NCBI RefSeq assembly: GCF_001194135.2
Contig: NC_068981.1
Span: 107,113,042-107,163,941, forward strand
Reading direction: 5' to 3'
DNA: 50,900 bases
From: Octopus bimaculoides
Lineage: Eukaryota
Shown: positions 13,140-25,843 of the stretch, one piece after another
Position numbering within the stretch: position 1 is the first letter of the stretch
How the letters are laid out: each line of letters begins with the position of its first letter
Notes under the pieces: generated by a model
What the model was told of the DNA's origin: nothing
Seen by the model: only the letters and a program-made list of their open reading frames with translations
Database searches by the model: none
Program-made: the position numbers and the translations under genes

Positions 13140-15231
13140 ATTCTCAAACAACATTGCCAAACAGAATCATTTCTGAGTCGACCACCGTGTTGTATAAATT
13201 TTTGTATCGTCTTGTGCTTTACTTTTCCAGTTTTATTGTACTGTGCCTTCTTTTTCTCTTCATTAGCTCTTAGTCATGGATCCAAAGAAAGCTAGCAGTT
13301 ATACTGGTAAAGGAAAAAGAAAGGTTGAAAGAAAAACAATTGAAGTGAAGAAAGAAATCATCGCCAAACACGAAAATGACAACCGTGTGTCAGATCTTAC
13401 TGTGCAGTATGGTATGCCTAAATCGGCAATATCTACTCTTCTAAGAAATAAGGAAATGATAAAAGCAGCTGATGTTGCAAAAGGAGCGACTGTTATTAAT
13501 AAACAAAGACCAAAGATACTCAAAGAAGTGGAAAAGTTATTGCTTATTTTTATAGATGAAAAACAGTTAGCAGGTGACAGTATCAGTGAAGCATTTATTT
13601 GTGAGAAAGCATTAGAAATTTATAATGATCTAGTAAAGAAAACCCCTGGTACAAGTGCTGAAAGTGATACTTTTGAATTCAAAGCTAGTAGAGGCTGGTT
13701 CAAGAAATTTAAGAAGTGAAATGAAATACACAGTGTAATTAGGCATAGAGAGGCAGCGAGTTCAAACAAGGAAGCGGCTGAGAAATTTGTGATTGAGTTT
13801 AGTGACTTGATAAAGGAAGGAGGTTATCCCTCCAACAGGTGTTTAACGGGGATGAAACAGGATTATTTTGGAAAGGAATGCCAAATAGGACCTATATTAT
13901 TAAGGAGTAAAAAGTGATGCCAGGGCACAAGTCAATGAAAGATAAATTCTCTCTTTTGGTATGCAGCAATGCAAGTGGTGATTTCAAGGTCAAGCCATTG
14001 CTTGTTTACCATTCCAATAATCTGAAGGTTTTCAAAAGAAACAATGTTATGAAGAGTAAATTGCCTGTTATGTGGTGGGTTCATACGAAGGCTTGGGTAA
14101 CCAGACAATTTTTTTATTGAGTGGATTCATGAAGTTTTTGCCCCAAGTGTTAAAAAATATCTGCAAGAAAAAAAACTTGCCACTAAAATGCTTTCTTGTG
14201 TTAGATAATGCTCCTGCTCACCTTCCAGGTTCAGAAGATGGCTTAGTTGAAGAGTTTGATTTTATTCAGGTCAAATACCTGCCATCTAACACAGTTCCTC
14301 TAATACAACCAGTGGATCAACAGGTCATTGCAAACTTTAAGAAACTTTACACAAAAGCCTTGTTTCGGAAGTATTTTTAAGTCACTAATGACACTCAGTT
14401 AATTCTCAGAGAATTTTGGAAAAATCATTTCAATATCCTGAATTGTGTTAATCTTATTGATAATGCATGGAACCAAAGAAGACTTTGAGGGGTTTGAGAC
14501 AGCTACAAGTACTGCTGCTGTTGAGGAAATTGCTATTGTTGATGATATTGTCTTTATAGGAAAAACTATTGTGCTTGAATTTCGATAGTGAAAATATTGA
14601 AAAGCTGGTACAAAATGGCCGTACTGAGATTACCACCAAAGAAATTGTACACCATCAAAATGAACAGCAAAAGACTGACTGAGGAAGAGGAAGGAAAGGA
14701 GGATGTCCCAAGTTCTTTAATCAAAGAAATTTGTGATAAATGGGGTTATGTGCGAAGCTTTGTGTGAAACTATCACCCTGATACAGTGGTAGCAAATAGA
14801 GTAGTAAACCTTTTTCAATGACAATGTCATGTCTCATTTTAGAAAAATTTTACGACACAGACAAAAACAGCAGACATTGGACAGGTTTTTACTGAAAGAA
14901 AAGAGAAAAGAAACTCCAGCGAAAGACTACCTGAGCCAGAGAGACAGAGAAGGGAAAAGACCCCTGAAAGACAGTTACTGGAAAATTTTATGGAAGGAGA
15001 CTCCCTTTCTAATAAATAGCACACTTTTGTGTGTTATTTACAATTTGAATAAACATTTTTATACTGAAATATATAGTGTGAGCATGTAAATAAGCATTCA
15101 TCTGGTGCTTGGAAATGAATTAATCTCTTTTACATTAATTGTAATGGGGAAAAAATGACTCAGATCTCGAACAATTTAGCTTTAGAACAGACTTTTAGAA
15201 CAAATTATGATCAAGATCCGAGGTTGCTCTG
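13140..15231 (+). mobile_element. Tigger/pogo-family DNA transposon, transposase pseudogene, left end missing
   Basis: 13276-13719 encodes CENP-B-type HTH regions (KTIEVKKEII...; FKASRGWFKKFK). Downstream frames give VFNGDETGLFW, LVLDNAPAH, PLIQPVDQQVI (DDE_1). The right end CCGAGGTTGCTCTG+TA is a Tigger-like TIR. Stops and frameshifts throughout. Confidence 0.88.
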
Positions 15232-16179
15232 TAATACATTGTTTTATGAAATTACCTTAATTTTATAATCTTAAATGATTTCCCATTGTTGAACTTCTGT
15301 CAATACATATTTGTGACAAATAAGTCACTCAAAGATTATCACTATGTAAGATGACAAGTAGTCATAGCAGTTTGTCAGTCTATTGTTTATTATTAAACAT
15401 TCAGTTATTTGAATGCATTGCTTGAGATACACTACTTTGCTTTCTTGAGCAGTGGAACACAATATTTTTAATCTCATCATAAATTTGTAAGACGGTTTGA
15501 AAAAATGACATGAACAATTAATGAGTAGTCAAATTGGTGTTTTATTGATACAGTTCTAGGACCTAATTGCTATATTTTTAAATGTGCCATTAATCAAAGC
15601 AATACATCTTGTTTGTGATTATATAATTGAAGTGTAGGTACCATTGCATTGATTAAATAATTTTATTCAAATCAAATCAAATCTGCTGTGGATTGTTCTA
15701 ATAATTTCTATTTAATCTTTTCACCAAATTCCACAAATTCAATTCATTTTCTTTCCTTTCTCCTCTCCCTCTCTCTTATTTTTGGCTCATAATTTTTATG
15801 ATAATATCTTTCTATTCATATTATTGTCTCATTTATAGGGATAAGACACTAGAATTTTTTATAGCTGTCTTTGTGCTTAAGATAATGCCTTCAAACACTG
15901 TGCATTTGAACTAATGAAATCATTCTGGCAACTAGAAGTAGCAGCCAAATCTCCATCATATGGACACCCTGGCATCTTAAAAAAAAAGTGGGGAACATTT
16001 GATACTGTGGTTCTAATCACATAGTGTCTGTAAAATCAATCAGGATCATGATTGCAGTGTCTTTGATCATAATTATCCTGGATCAGGAATGGCTTAGGGT
16101 GAGGCAACAACAGAAAACATTAATTTTAGAAATTCACTAATATTTCCTTAAAATTATATTTTAATTCAAAGTAATTTGT

Positions 16180-16480
16180 GGAATATGAACTCAGAACATC
16201 AAGATGGACTAAGCATTTTGTCTGGCATGCTCACAATTCTCCCAGCTCACTGACTTCATTTGGTGAAGAAAATAATAGCTTCAAATTCTGACGAAAGGTC
16301 AGCAATTTTGGAGAGTGGGGTAAATTGTTTACATTGCTCCCAGAGTTTAACCAGTACATATTTCATTAACATTGAAAGGTAAAATCAACCTCAATAAAAT
16401 TTGAACTCAGAATGTAAAGATGGACAAAAATACCACTTAAACAATTTGCTAACAATGCTGCCAAGCTTGCTGCATTCATT
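16180..16480. mobile_element. Cluster of degenerate SINE family A fragments
   Basis: Repeated tttgaactcagaa..taagcattt blocks matching family A. Confidence 0.55.
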
Positions 16481-16629
16481 TGTTGGAAAAAATGATGACA
16501 ACATTTTCATAGTGAAAGAGGAGTGTTGTTTGGCAGGACCTTTAGTGCACTAGCAACTATTTAAGGAATGAAATAATCTTAAGAGTATTTGTTAGCTTCA
16601 ATTTGCACACACACACACACACACACACA

Positions 16630-16935
16630 GCTATAGTTGAGAAGTTTGCTCCCCAACCCTGTAATTTCAATTTAAGTCCAATTGTGCATTGGGCATGTGC
16701 CTTCTACAATAGCCTCAGGTTAACCAAGGCTTTGTGAGTGGATTTGGTTGATGAAAACTGAAAGAACTGCCTGTTACATGTGTGTGGGGGAGGGAGTTTG
16801 TCTTCTTGTCTTGATACCCTGTAATAGTTGTAAATGAAATCAGGTGAGGGTTGATACCAGGGAGGACATCTGCCTCAACAAATTCTGTCTTGCCCAAACA
16901 ACCTTGGAAAAGTAAATGTTGAAACAATGATGATA
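16630..16935 (+). mobile_element. Degenerate SINE family B element
   Basis: gggcatgtgccttctacaatagcctcagg..aaggctttgtgagtggatttgg matches family B. Confidence 0.6.
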
Positions 16936-17564
16936 GTGATTATAAACTATGATGGTATCTTGTTTGTGTGGTTTCGAACAAATAGCATGTCAGCTAGCAA
17001 CTTAAAGTTAGGCTGTGTAATTTTCTTATTTTCCCACTTACAACTAATACCTTGGAAACATGGACTCTACAGGCTAGAAGCTTTTGAAATGTAATGTTTA
17101 CAGAGTATACTACAAATATCATTACAAGGTAGACATGGACATATTTCCAAGTAGAAACTGTAATTTGTTTGGCTGCATAAGATGGTCACCCAGTAACTTA
17201 TGTAGCACTGACTGGCATTCCGCCAATATTTCCTGACCCCCAGATCAAGTAAAAGTCTGACAATAGTGGAGGGCAGAACAGCTAGTCAAAAGAAGTGGCA
17301 GTGGTTTAGCTGGTAGAAGAGAGAAAGAGGCTGTGGAGAATGGACAGGTACATACACATTCACATTCTGGTTAATGCTTTAATATTTACTGAAATCAGTG
17401 GAATTATCAAAGTGCACAAAAGTTTTCAACGTCAGGTCTATTATTTCAAAGTTTCTTAGAGACCTTTTGTCCATTTAAATGTTGAGATATATTCCTTACT
17501 CAGATACCTTTATTTTATGTGTGTGTGTATACATACACACACACACACATATATATATATATAA

Positions 17565-17884
17565 GGAGCATGGCTTAGTTGTTAGGGTATTCAGCTCACA
17601 ATCATAAGGTCATGAGTTCAATTCCTGGTGGTGCATTGTGTCCTTGAACAAGACACTTTATTTTATGTTGCTCCAGTCTACTCAGCTGGCAAAAATGATT
17701 AGTATCTGTATTTCAAAGGGCCAGTCTTGTCACACTCTGTCATGCTGAATATCCCTGAGAACTATGTTAAGGGTACACGTGTCTGTGGAGTGCTCAGCTC
17801 CTTGCACATTAATTTCACGACCAGGCTCTTCTGTCAGTTGGATCGACTGGAATCCTTGTCATCATAATCAACATAGTGCCAGTT
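17565..17884 (+). mobile_element. tRNA-derived SINE family C
   Basis: tRNA-like head GGAGCATGGCTTAGTTGTTAG (A box) ... GAGTTCAATTCC (B box), followed by a CORE-like gtgtccttgaacaagacacttta segment. Confidence 0.7.
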
Positions 17885-17924
17885 ATACACATACATATAT
17901 ATAATATAATTCTTTTATTTTCAG

Positions 17925-18027
17925 GTGCTGCTGTCGCTAAAGGTAGTATATTAACATTCCTTGATGCACACTGTGAGTGTTCCCCTGGTTGGCTAGAGCC
18001 TTTAATTGCAGAAATTCATAAAGATCG
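17925..18027 (+). CDS. GALNT1: GalNAc-T exon B (103 nt): (G)[33 protein letters not shown](R)
   Basis: Acceptor ttttattttcag, donor GTAAGT at 18028; contains the DxH metal-binding motif in FLDAHCEC; phase 1/2. Confidence 0.97.
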
Positions 18028-20798
18028 GTAAGTGCCACTCCATTTTACCTAGGAAACCACACCTAAAGTGATTAATTGTATCTTCAATTTTATGAATTTA
18101 ATTCATGTTTTTTAAGGGGTTTTTCCCCTTGTTCTTGTAAGTTTTTTAGTTCTTCAAAATTATTGTTGTTGTTTTTTTTTTGCATGCAACTCACTTTTCT
18201 GCTAAAATATTTTAGCATATAACAGTGTGATGCTTAAACCATCCATGAGTTCTTTAGTGTCTTCATGCACATGAGTATTGAATAAGATTAAAATACAGAG
18301 TTCACAAAAGAATGAAAGAGCTATTTTATCTCATTTATTTGAAGCTGAAACTTCATTCTGTCACTTCTGGGTTTCCAATGCCTGGTCTTCACACCAAGAT
18401 TAGGTTCAAATATATATTTTAGCCCAGTTACCATAGAGAATAGAATAGCTGCTGTTATGTGTATGTATACACTCATGTACATACAAGCATGTATACACAC
18501 ATATTCACACACAGATATATATATACACTTTTATTCATTTATTGGCTTCAGTTACTGAATTGTGACCATGCTGGAGCATTCCTGTAAGGATTTTTGTAGA
18601 TTATATCAACCCCAATACTTTATCAGATATTTATCAATCTCTTAAAGGGAGAAGGGGACAACTCCACCTTGTTACAAAGAGATGTAACTAGGAGAGGACT
18701 AAATATATTTGGATACTTATGTACAACCCACTAATTTCTTTCTGTTCATCCCATGTCTCTGTGTGAATGTATGTGTTTGTAGAGGTACTCACATTCACAC
18801 AGACTCCAACAGGCTTCAGCATAGTTTCCGGGCACTGAATTTTGCTGCATGTTTAAGAAATTCACTTTGTAGCCACATGGTTTAGATTTGATTTCAACCC
18901 TAACCTTGTGTTGACCAGTGCCTCATGAGTGAAATTTGGCAATGAAGATTGTACAGAAAGCTGTCAGAAATGTGTTTGCATGTGTATATATTGCAAGGCA
19001 GGATGTAACCAGCTGCAAGTAAACCAATAAACTGTTTTGTGGCATTTGTTTTACTTTTGTAAAATATGTGAACCAATGATGCTATTATTCACATATGCAA
19101 TATAAAATCAATATAATAAGCCTTTGGTTGGGCTACAGCTATGATAAGCACTTGCCCAAAGTGCTGCACTGTGGGATTGAACATGAAGCACAGCATTGCA
19201 AAGAAAATTTCTTTATGATGCAGCAACATTATGGAAAGGAGAATCACCAAGAAGGAGAGTATCATTTATCAAACTATCTCCTTGAAGAGAAGTTTATTAT
19301 TTGTGAATTTTATTATCCATTAATCCTCATTTAGTTCACCATTGAAGCTTGTTTTTGCCTCCTGCCTCATAAAATTTGTCCTTTTGCTTGATAAATGTTA
19401 TAAGATTAAAGAACCATGAGCATTAATGTTTTAACATTTACTTGAAATATTTAACTCATTCATTGTATTTAATAGCTTCAGTTTATTAAAGGATGAGGAT
19501 TTTGTTTGTAGATAAGCCCTAAGTGATAAACCTAATGGCTGTGGCAAACAGTGATAATAAAATGGAAAATGCTTGAGAGAAAGAGCAGTAGAATTAGGAA
19601 GGAGAAAGTATGATTAAGTAAAAGTAGGGTAAACCAGAGCTTATTTTATTGAATCATGTCCTCAAAGAGATTAGTAGAATATGATTCTCTGAGTGCAATA
19701 TTGACGTGAAGTGATTTGCAAAATATTATGGTCTGGTGTGGTCTAGTCTCTTTCTTGATATTTTCCATGGAAATGTTAATCTGTAATAAGTCTCAGAGAA
19801 TGATATTAATTCTGAAATTTTGATGCATTCTGTGAAAGAATTTTACTGTCATGAAATGGAAAGAGCCAATGCAATGTTAAGACAAATCCATAATAAGTAA
19901 GGTAGGATAAGCAGTCTGGCTTGTTTGTATTGCTGCTGTGACTTGAATAACAATGTTAGATTATAGTGGTGTCTGAAATAGCTTGAAAAGATGACTTAGA
20001 TGACCAAAATAGCTTTATAATAATGTTAGTGTGACATGAATGCATATATTAAGATTTGTCAGTAAAATACAATTGCTTATGTATGTTGTCTGCTATTGTT
20101 GTTAAATCATTTTTTTTTTCTTATTTTCTTATNNNNNNNNNNCTTTCTATGTGGGGGGGGGGTGTATAAAATTTAATTTGTTGATCTTGATTTTTATTTG
20201 GTCTGTTTGAGTATGTTAGGTTTTCAGAGACTAAATGTCATTACACTGAGGAAACAACTGAGTATTGAAGTAATTGATCAATTCTTGTAAAAGAGATGTG
20301 GGTATTTTACTGTATAAACACTAGCATACCCGTGTCATCAAAAAAGCTAACAGTTCTGTTAATAATAAAGCATGGTACATCAAAACAATGGGAGAAGCCA
20401 TTGATAAATGTCAGCAATCAAGTAAATATATGTACATGCACAGAATTGAAGTACTTGATTTGATGCAGTTGCAATGTAGAATATATATATATATATATTG
20501 ATATTATGAGGATTGATGGTATAGCTATTGGAATGAGGGAAATACCATGAGTTGGTGGTAGAAGAATGAGAAGGAAGTTGCTTGATAAGATCTCAAACAA
20601 CAAGATGTTGCAAGATGTCTGTCCTTCAATGCTCTCTGCAGTTTATTGGGCTAATGCTTATTTGTGATGTTATGTGGGTACGAGGAAAATCCCCTAATAG
20701 GTAAAATTATTTTTCAGTAACTTCCCAGATGAATGGAATACAATTTAATACCATTATTTCAGCCAAATGTTAACATTAGAATATAAACATGTTGTAAC

Positions 20799-20965
20799 CA
20801 TCATCATTTAACGTCCATTTTCTTGAACTGTTTGGCAAGATGCAGGGCTATACTGAGCTCCAGTATCAGCTTCGGCATGATTGCTATGGCAGGATGCCCT
20901 TCCTAGCATCAACCACTTTACAATGTGTTCTGGGCAACTTTTACATGCCACCAGCACTAGTGAGG
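20799..20965 (-). mobile_element. Degenerate RTE-type 3' tail fragment
   Basis: catcatcatttaacgtcc...ggatgcccttcctagcatcaaccact matches the reverse complement of the RTE 3' ends in this window. Confidence 0.65.
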
Positions 20966-21606
20966 TTACCAAGTAACTTGAAAGACAGAGAAAGAGAACA
21001 GGGGAAAAAAGAAAATGGTGGCTTTATGTCAAGTGTTGAAAATATAATGTATTATAGAGGGACAAAAAAATATGTTGGATTTCTCATAAATTTACCACAG
21101 TTCTATATATCTACTTCATATTACTAATTGTCAGTATATATACTTTTAATTACAGCTAAATGAGTGTGCCCAAATTTAGCCCATTAGACAAGGGACAGGT
21201 TACACCTTCAGTAACTGTTTTGGCATAAAAAAAATGTCAAAATTTTCTTGTTAAAAATGACTTCTTTACCTATCCAGTCATCTTGTGAAAATGATAAAGG
21301 ACAAATATTTATCCTTTCATTGCTTATTCAGTTACTGGGATAGATAAATATTTTTCTTTCATTCAGTGGAGGTATCTGTCAGCAGATACTCAACTTTTAT
21401 TGATAATAAAAGGGTAGTGAAATGGGATTTGTGGCATTCATTCCTTTCCCCAAGAAAAATAGAAGGATAAGTAAAATATCTAGAATAAATTAAGATCACT
21501 GGCTGAGATCACCCAGACTTTACCAACCTCTCTACAACTTTCACTCTATTTTATTTTATCCCATGCAATAAGATTTTTTTTTTTTCCATTTTGTTGTTTC
21601 TCTTAG

Positions 21607-21777
21607 GAAATCTGTGGTATGTCCAATAATTGATGTAATTAGTGATGACACATTTGAGTACATTACTGGTTCCGACATGACTTGGGGTGGCTTTAACTGG
21701 AAACTAAACTTCAGATGGTATCCTGTGCCTCAGAGAGAGATGCAGAGAAGAGATGGTGACCGTGCTTTACCGACCAA
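21607..21777 (+). CDS. GALNT1: GalNAc-T exon C (171 nt): (R)[56 protein letters not shown](K)
   Basis: Acceptor tttctcttag, donor GTAAGT at 21778; VVCPIIDVI and [11 protein letters not shown] motifs; phase 2/2. Confidence 0.97.
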
Positions 21778-22647
21778 GTAAGTTACGTTTGAAATGATGT
21801 TGTCTAGTCTTTAAAAGTGAAATTCTAAAACCAATTAAATTATAATTTAAAATAAAAGGATTCTTTTTCTTATTTGTAAAAAGAAAATTTCTAAGAATGA
21901 AGATTGATTTTTTTCCTTTATATTTTATTTTTTGTTTTACCTTTTGAAAATATATAACCATATTCAGTGACAAGAAATATTAATATACTCATTTTGTCCG
22001 CTTTTGTATATGTGTGTACGCACATTTATTTACATGAATATACATACACACATATACTGCTACGTTACTGTTTTTTTCTTGCTTTTTGCAGAGCATGCAC
22101 CTTAAATCTAAGTTGCCCACTCTTATATTACTGAAACAAAGTTGTATAAGTTGCTTCTGTATTTCTAATTTTTTAAATTTATTTTATGCTCTCTTTCCAT
22201 CATGATATTGTATTTCATCTCTCCAGAATCAACAGGGAAAAGTACCACCATCACACTGGAGTTTATAGTACACTACTTCAACAAAAATTTGCCTTGCACT
22301 TTTGTCAAAAAATATAAATTTTATTGCTCTATAGATATTGTAATGTTTTACCCAAACTTATAGTCTGCTACTCAAACACAAGCAGCCCCCCCCCCCTGTT
22401 GTTCATTGAAGAGGAAGAAAGGACCGCTATAACATGCATGCTTTTCTTAAGGACATCAGTTAGTTCTAAAGGAAATAACATCAAGAGATACTATTTGCTT
22501 CTCTCTCTCTCTCTTACACACACACATACTCACTCCTCTCTCATTTATGTACATATCTGCGAAGAGTATTTATGTTCTCTTCACAACTATGTATCCATAT
22601 TCACATGCACCTCTGTTAAGTGTGTATAGGCATTAAAATTTCATTTA

Positions 22648-22844
22648 GGCACAGGTGTGGTAAGAAGCTTGCTTCCCAACCACATGGCTCTGGGTTCAGT
22701 CCCACTGCATGGCATCTTGGGCAAGTGTCTTCTACTGCAGCCTCGAGCCAGTCAAAGCCTTGTGAGTAGATTTCGTAGATGGAAACTGAAAGAAGCCTGT
22801 CATGTATATATATATATGTGTGTGTGTGTGTATATATATATGTA

Positions 22845-22879
<35 letters not shown>

Positions 22880-23040
22880 GTGTGTGTGTCTTTTTGTCTA
22901 TGATTTTCCCCCTACCGTCGCTTGACAACCGATGATGGTGTGTTTACATCTCCGTAACTTAGTGGTTTGGCAAAAGGGACCAATGGAATAAGTACTAGGC
23001 TTACATAGAATAAGTCCTGAGGTCAATTTCTTCGACTAAA
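22648..23040 (+). mobile_element. SINE family B bipartite element
   Basis: GGCACAGG..TGTGGTAAG A box, GGGTTCAGTCCC B box, ttgggcaagtg, central (TA/TG)n, 3' module gcttgacaacc..gaataagtcctg; near-identical layout at 47551. Confidence 0.85.
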
Positions 23041-23154
23041 ATACAAAATTTTGTCAAAAACGTTAAGAGTAAAACCTGTTCTATGTGACACATTCTACCA
23101 GTAACGGAAGTTTGAAAGTTGTTAAGTTAAAAAAAAATTAATCAAATAATCTGT

Positions 23155-23262
23155 ACGTCAAGGTCAATCTTGGCGAAATTTTAACTCAAAACGTAAAGGC
23201 AGATGATAAACCATTAAGCATTTCACCCAGTGCCCTAACATTTCTGCCAGCTCGCCGCCTTA
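23155..23262 (-). mobile_element. SINE family A 5' (tRNA head) fragment
   Basis: ctgccagctcgccgcctta is the reverse complement of the family A head. Confidence 0.75.
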
Positions 23263-23546
23263 GAATGTAAGCATTCATTTTAGAAATATATTCATTATTC
23301 TTATTGCTTAAGCGTTACTCCCTTACTTCCTTACTTACTGTCATAAAATTTCATAACATTTTACCTCATAACTCTTTTTCTACTAATTTTTATTCAATGT
23401 GACTAGCAATTTTGAATTCCTCATGCATTTTTCTATCATTTAAGCCAAAAGAAAGTATACTTTTAATTTAAAATTAAAAACTTTATGTTAATTGAAGATG
23501 AATATCTGCCTTACTGCCCTCCTTGAGGTCGCAGATATTTTGATGT

Positions 23547-23876
23547 NNNNNNNNNNNNNNNNNNNNNNNNNNNNNNNNNNNNNNNNNNNNNNNNNNNNNN
23601 NNNNNNNNNNNNNNNNNNNNNNNNNNNNNNNNNNNNNNNNNNNNNNNNNNNNNNNNNNNNNNNNNNNNNNNNNNNNNNNNNNNNNNNNNNNNNNNNNNNN
23701 NNNNNNNNNNNNNNNNNNNNNNNNNNNNNNNNNNNNNNNNNNNNNNNNNNNNNNNNNNNNNNNNNNNNNNNNNNNNNNNNNNNNNNNNNNNNNNNNNNNN
23801 NNNNNNNNNNNNNNNNNNNNNNNNNNNNNNNNNNNNNNNNNNNNNNNNNNNNNNNNNNNNNNNNNNNNNNNNNNNN
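23547..23876. other. Assembly gap (330 N); other gaps at 6543-6552, 20133-20142, 24858-25320, 45985-46032
   Basis: Runs of N. Confidence 1.
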
Positions 23877-24857
23877 CATCATCATCATCATCATTTAACA
23901 TCCGCTTTCCATGCTGGCATGGGTTGGACGATTTGACTGAGGGCTGGCGAACCAGATGGCTGCACCATGCTCTAATCTGATCTGGCAGAGTTTCTACAGC
24001 TAGATGCCCTTCCTAGCGCCAACCACTCCGAGAGTGTAGTGGGTGCTTTTGTGTGCCACCGGCATGAGGGCCAGTCAGGCGGTTCTGGCAACAGCCACGC
24101 TCAAATGGTGTTTTTTACGTGCCACCTGTACAGGAGCCAGTCCAGCAGCACTGGCAATGACCTCGCTCGAATATTTTTCACGTGCTAGTAAGGTGACGCT
24201 AGTAACGATCACACTCGAATGTGCCACTGGCACGGAAGCCAGTCAGCTTCTCTGGCAACAATCACGCTCAGATTGTGCTCTTAATGCGCCACAAGCACGG
24301 ATTCCAGTCAACAAATTTGATTTCGATTTCATTTGCCTCAACAGGTCTTCGCAAGCAGAGTTTGGAATCAAAGGGCCTTAGAGTCAACCTAGCTAAAACC
24401 AAAGTCCTAATAAGTAGTGAGGCAGACAAACCATGAATCCCTTCAGGTAGATGGCCTTGCTCGAATTGTAGAAAAGGCATAGGTAGAAACTCCATAAGAT
24501 GTACCCAGTGTAAGCTATGGACACATAAGAGGTGCAGCAATATCAAAGGAAAGTTAACTGGGAAGATAGTTTTTGTATGTGACAGATGCTCAGGAGCAAT
24601 AAACAATGAAAATGTGCAGAGAACAACTTCTGCCACATTCCAGGGAGAAAAACTAGAAGTAGTTGATAGCTTCCATTACCTAGGTGACCAAGTCAGTAGT
24701 GGGGGAGGGTGCACTGAAAGTGTAGCTGCTAGAATAAGAATAGCCTGGGCAAAGTTCAGAGAGCTCTTACTTCTGCTGGTGACAAAGGGCCTCTTGCTCA
24801 GAGTAAAAGGTAGACTGTATGACGCATGTGTACGAACAACCATGCTACATGGCAGTG
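23877..24857. mobile_element. RTE-clade LINE copy with internal inversion: 3'UTR and (GAT)n tail on minus (23877-24363), ORF2 C-terminal part on plus (24364-24857, runs into gap)
   Basis: Left part is the reverse complement of the RTE 3'UTR seen at 31680-32145. Right part reads ESKGLRVNLAKTKV...GRWPCSNCRKG...YLGDQ...LLVTKGL..RVKGRLYDACVRTTMLHGS. Confidence 0.88.
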
Positions 24858-25616
24858 NNNNNNNNNNNNNNNNNNNNNNNNNNNNNNNNNNNNNNNNNNN
24901 NNNNNNNNNNNNNNNNNNNNNNNNNNNNNNNNNNNNNNNNNNNNNNNNNNNNNNNNNNNNNNNNNNNNNNNNNNNNNNNNNNNNNNNNNNNNNNNNNNNN
25001 NNNNNNNNNNNNNNNNNNNNNNNNNNNNNNNNNNNNNNNNNNNNNNNNNNNNNNNNNNNNNNNNNNNNNNNNNNNNNNNNNNNNNNNNNNNNNNNNNNNN
25101 NNNNNNNNNNNNNNNNNNNNNNNNNNNNNNNNNNNNNNNNNNNNNNNNNNNNNNNNNNNNNNNNNNNNNNNNNNNNNNNNNNNNNNNNNNNNNNNNNNNN
25201 NNNNNNNNNNNNNNNNNNNNNNNNNNNNNNNNNNNNNNNNNNNNNNNNNNNNNNNNNNNNNNNNNNNNNNNNNNNNNNNNNNNNNNNNNNNNNNNNNNNN
25301 NNNNNNNNNNNNNNNNNNNNATATATAATATTTATATGATATTTGTATATAATATATATATTCATATATAATATATATAAAAAATACAAAAATGGGACAA
25401 GAACACAAAACATCCAGTCAGTTAGGTGATACAAAAAAGGGACAACAAAACGTCTAGACAGACAATACAAAGAAAACAAGGACGAGTCATCCAGAGTTTT
25501 CTTTCTTCAGTCAAGTTCCAGATTATCTTTGCAATTTCGGCCGGTTATACTCGAGATTGCTCCAATCTGGCCAGCCCCAAGAAAAAACTACATACAACAG
25601 CCTTCTTTCAGTTTCT

Positions 25617-25843
25617 TATTTCTTTATTGCCCACAAGGGGCTAAACATAGAGGGGACAAACAAGGACAGACAAAGGATCAAGTCGATTAGATCGACCCCA
25701 GTGCATAACTGGTACTTAATTTAGTGACCCCGAAAGGATAAAAGGCAAAGTCGACCTCAGCGGAATTTGAACTCAGAACGTAATGGCAGACGAAATGGCG
25801 CTAAGCATTTTGCCCAGTGTGCTAACGTTTCTGCCAGTTCGCT
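25617..25843 (-). mobile_element. SINE family A inserted into a family B SINE
   Basis: Full family A body flanked by a TTCTTTCAGTT duplication (25603-25613 / 25844-25854); family B sequence on both sides. Confidence 0.85.

Noticed and set aside
19840-19900. YCHEMERAN peptide reminiscent of the lectin CHGxGGNQ motif (possible alternative exon)
   Set aside because: No CLD motif or splice sites, and wrong position in the gene; the region looks like decayed repeat
23497-23545. Hairpin AATATCTGC...GCAGATATT preceded by ATGA (SECIS-like)
   Set aside because: The 3' GA is out of register with the helix, there is no apical AA, and it is intronic and next to a gap
23488-25479. Long ORFs containing X runs
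   Set aside because: Artefacts of reading through N gaps
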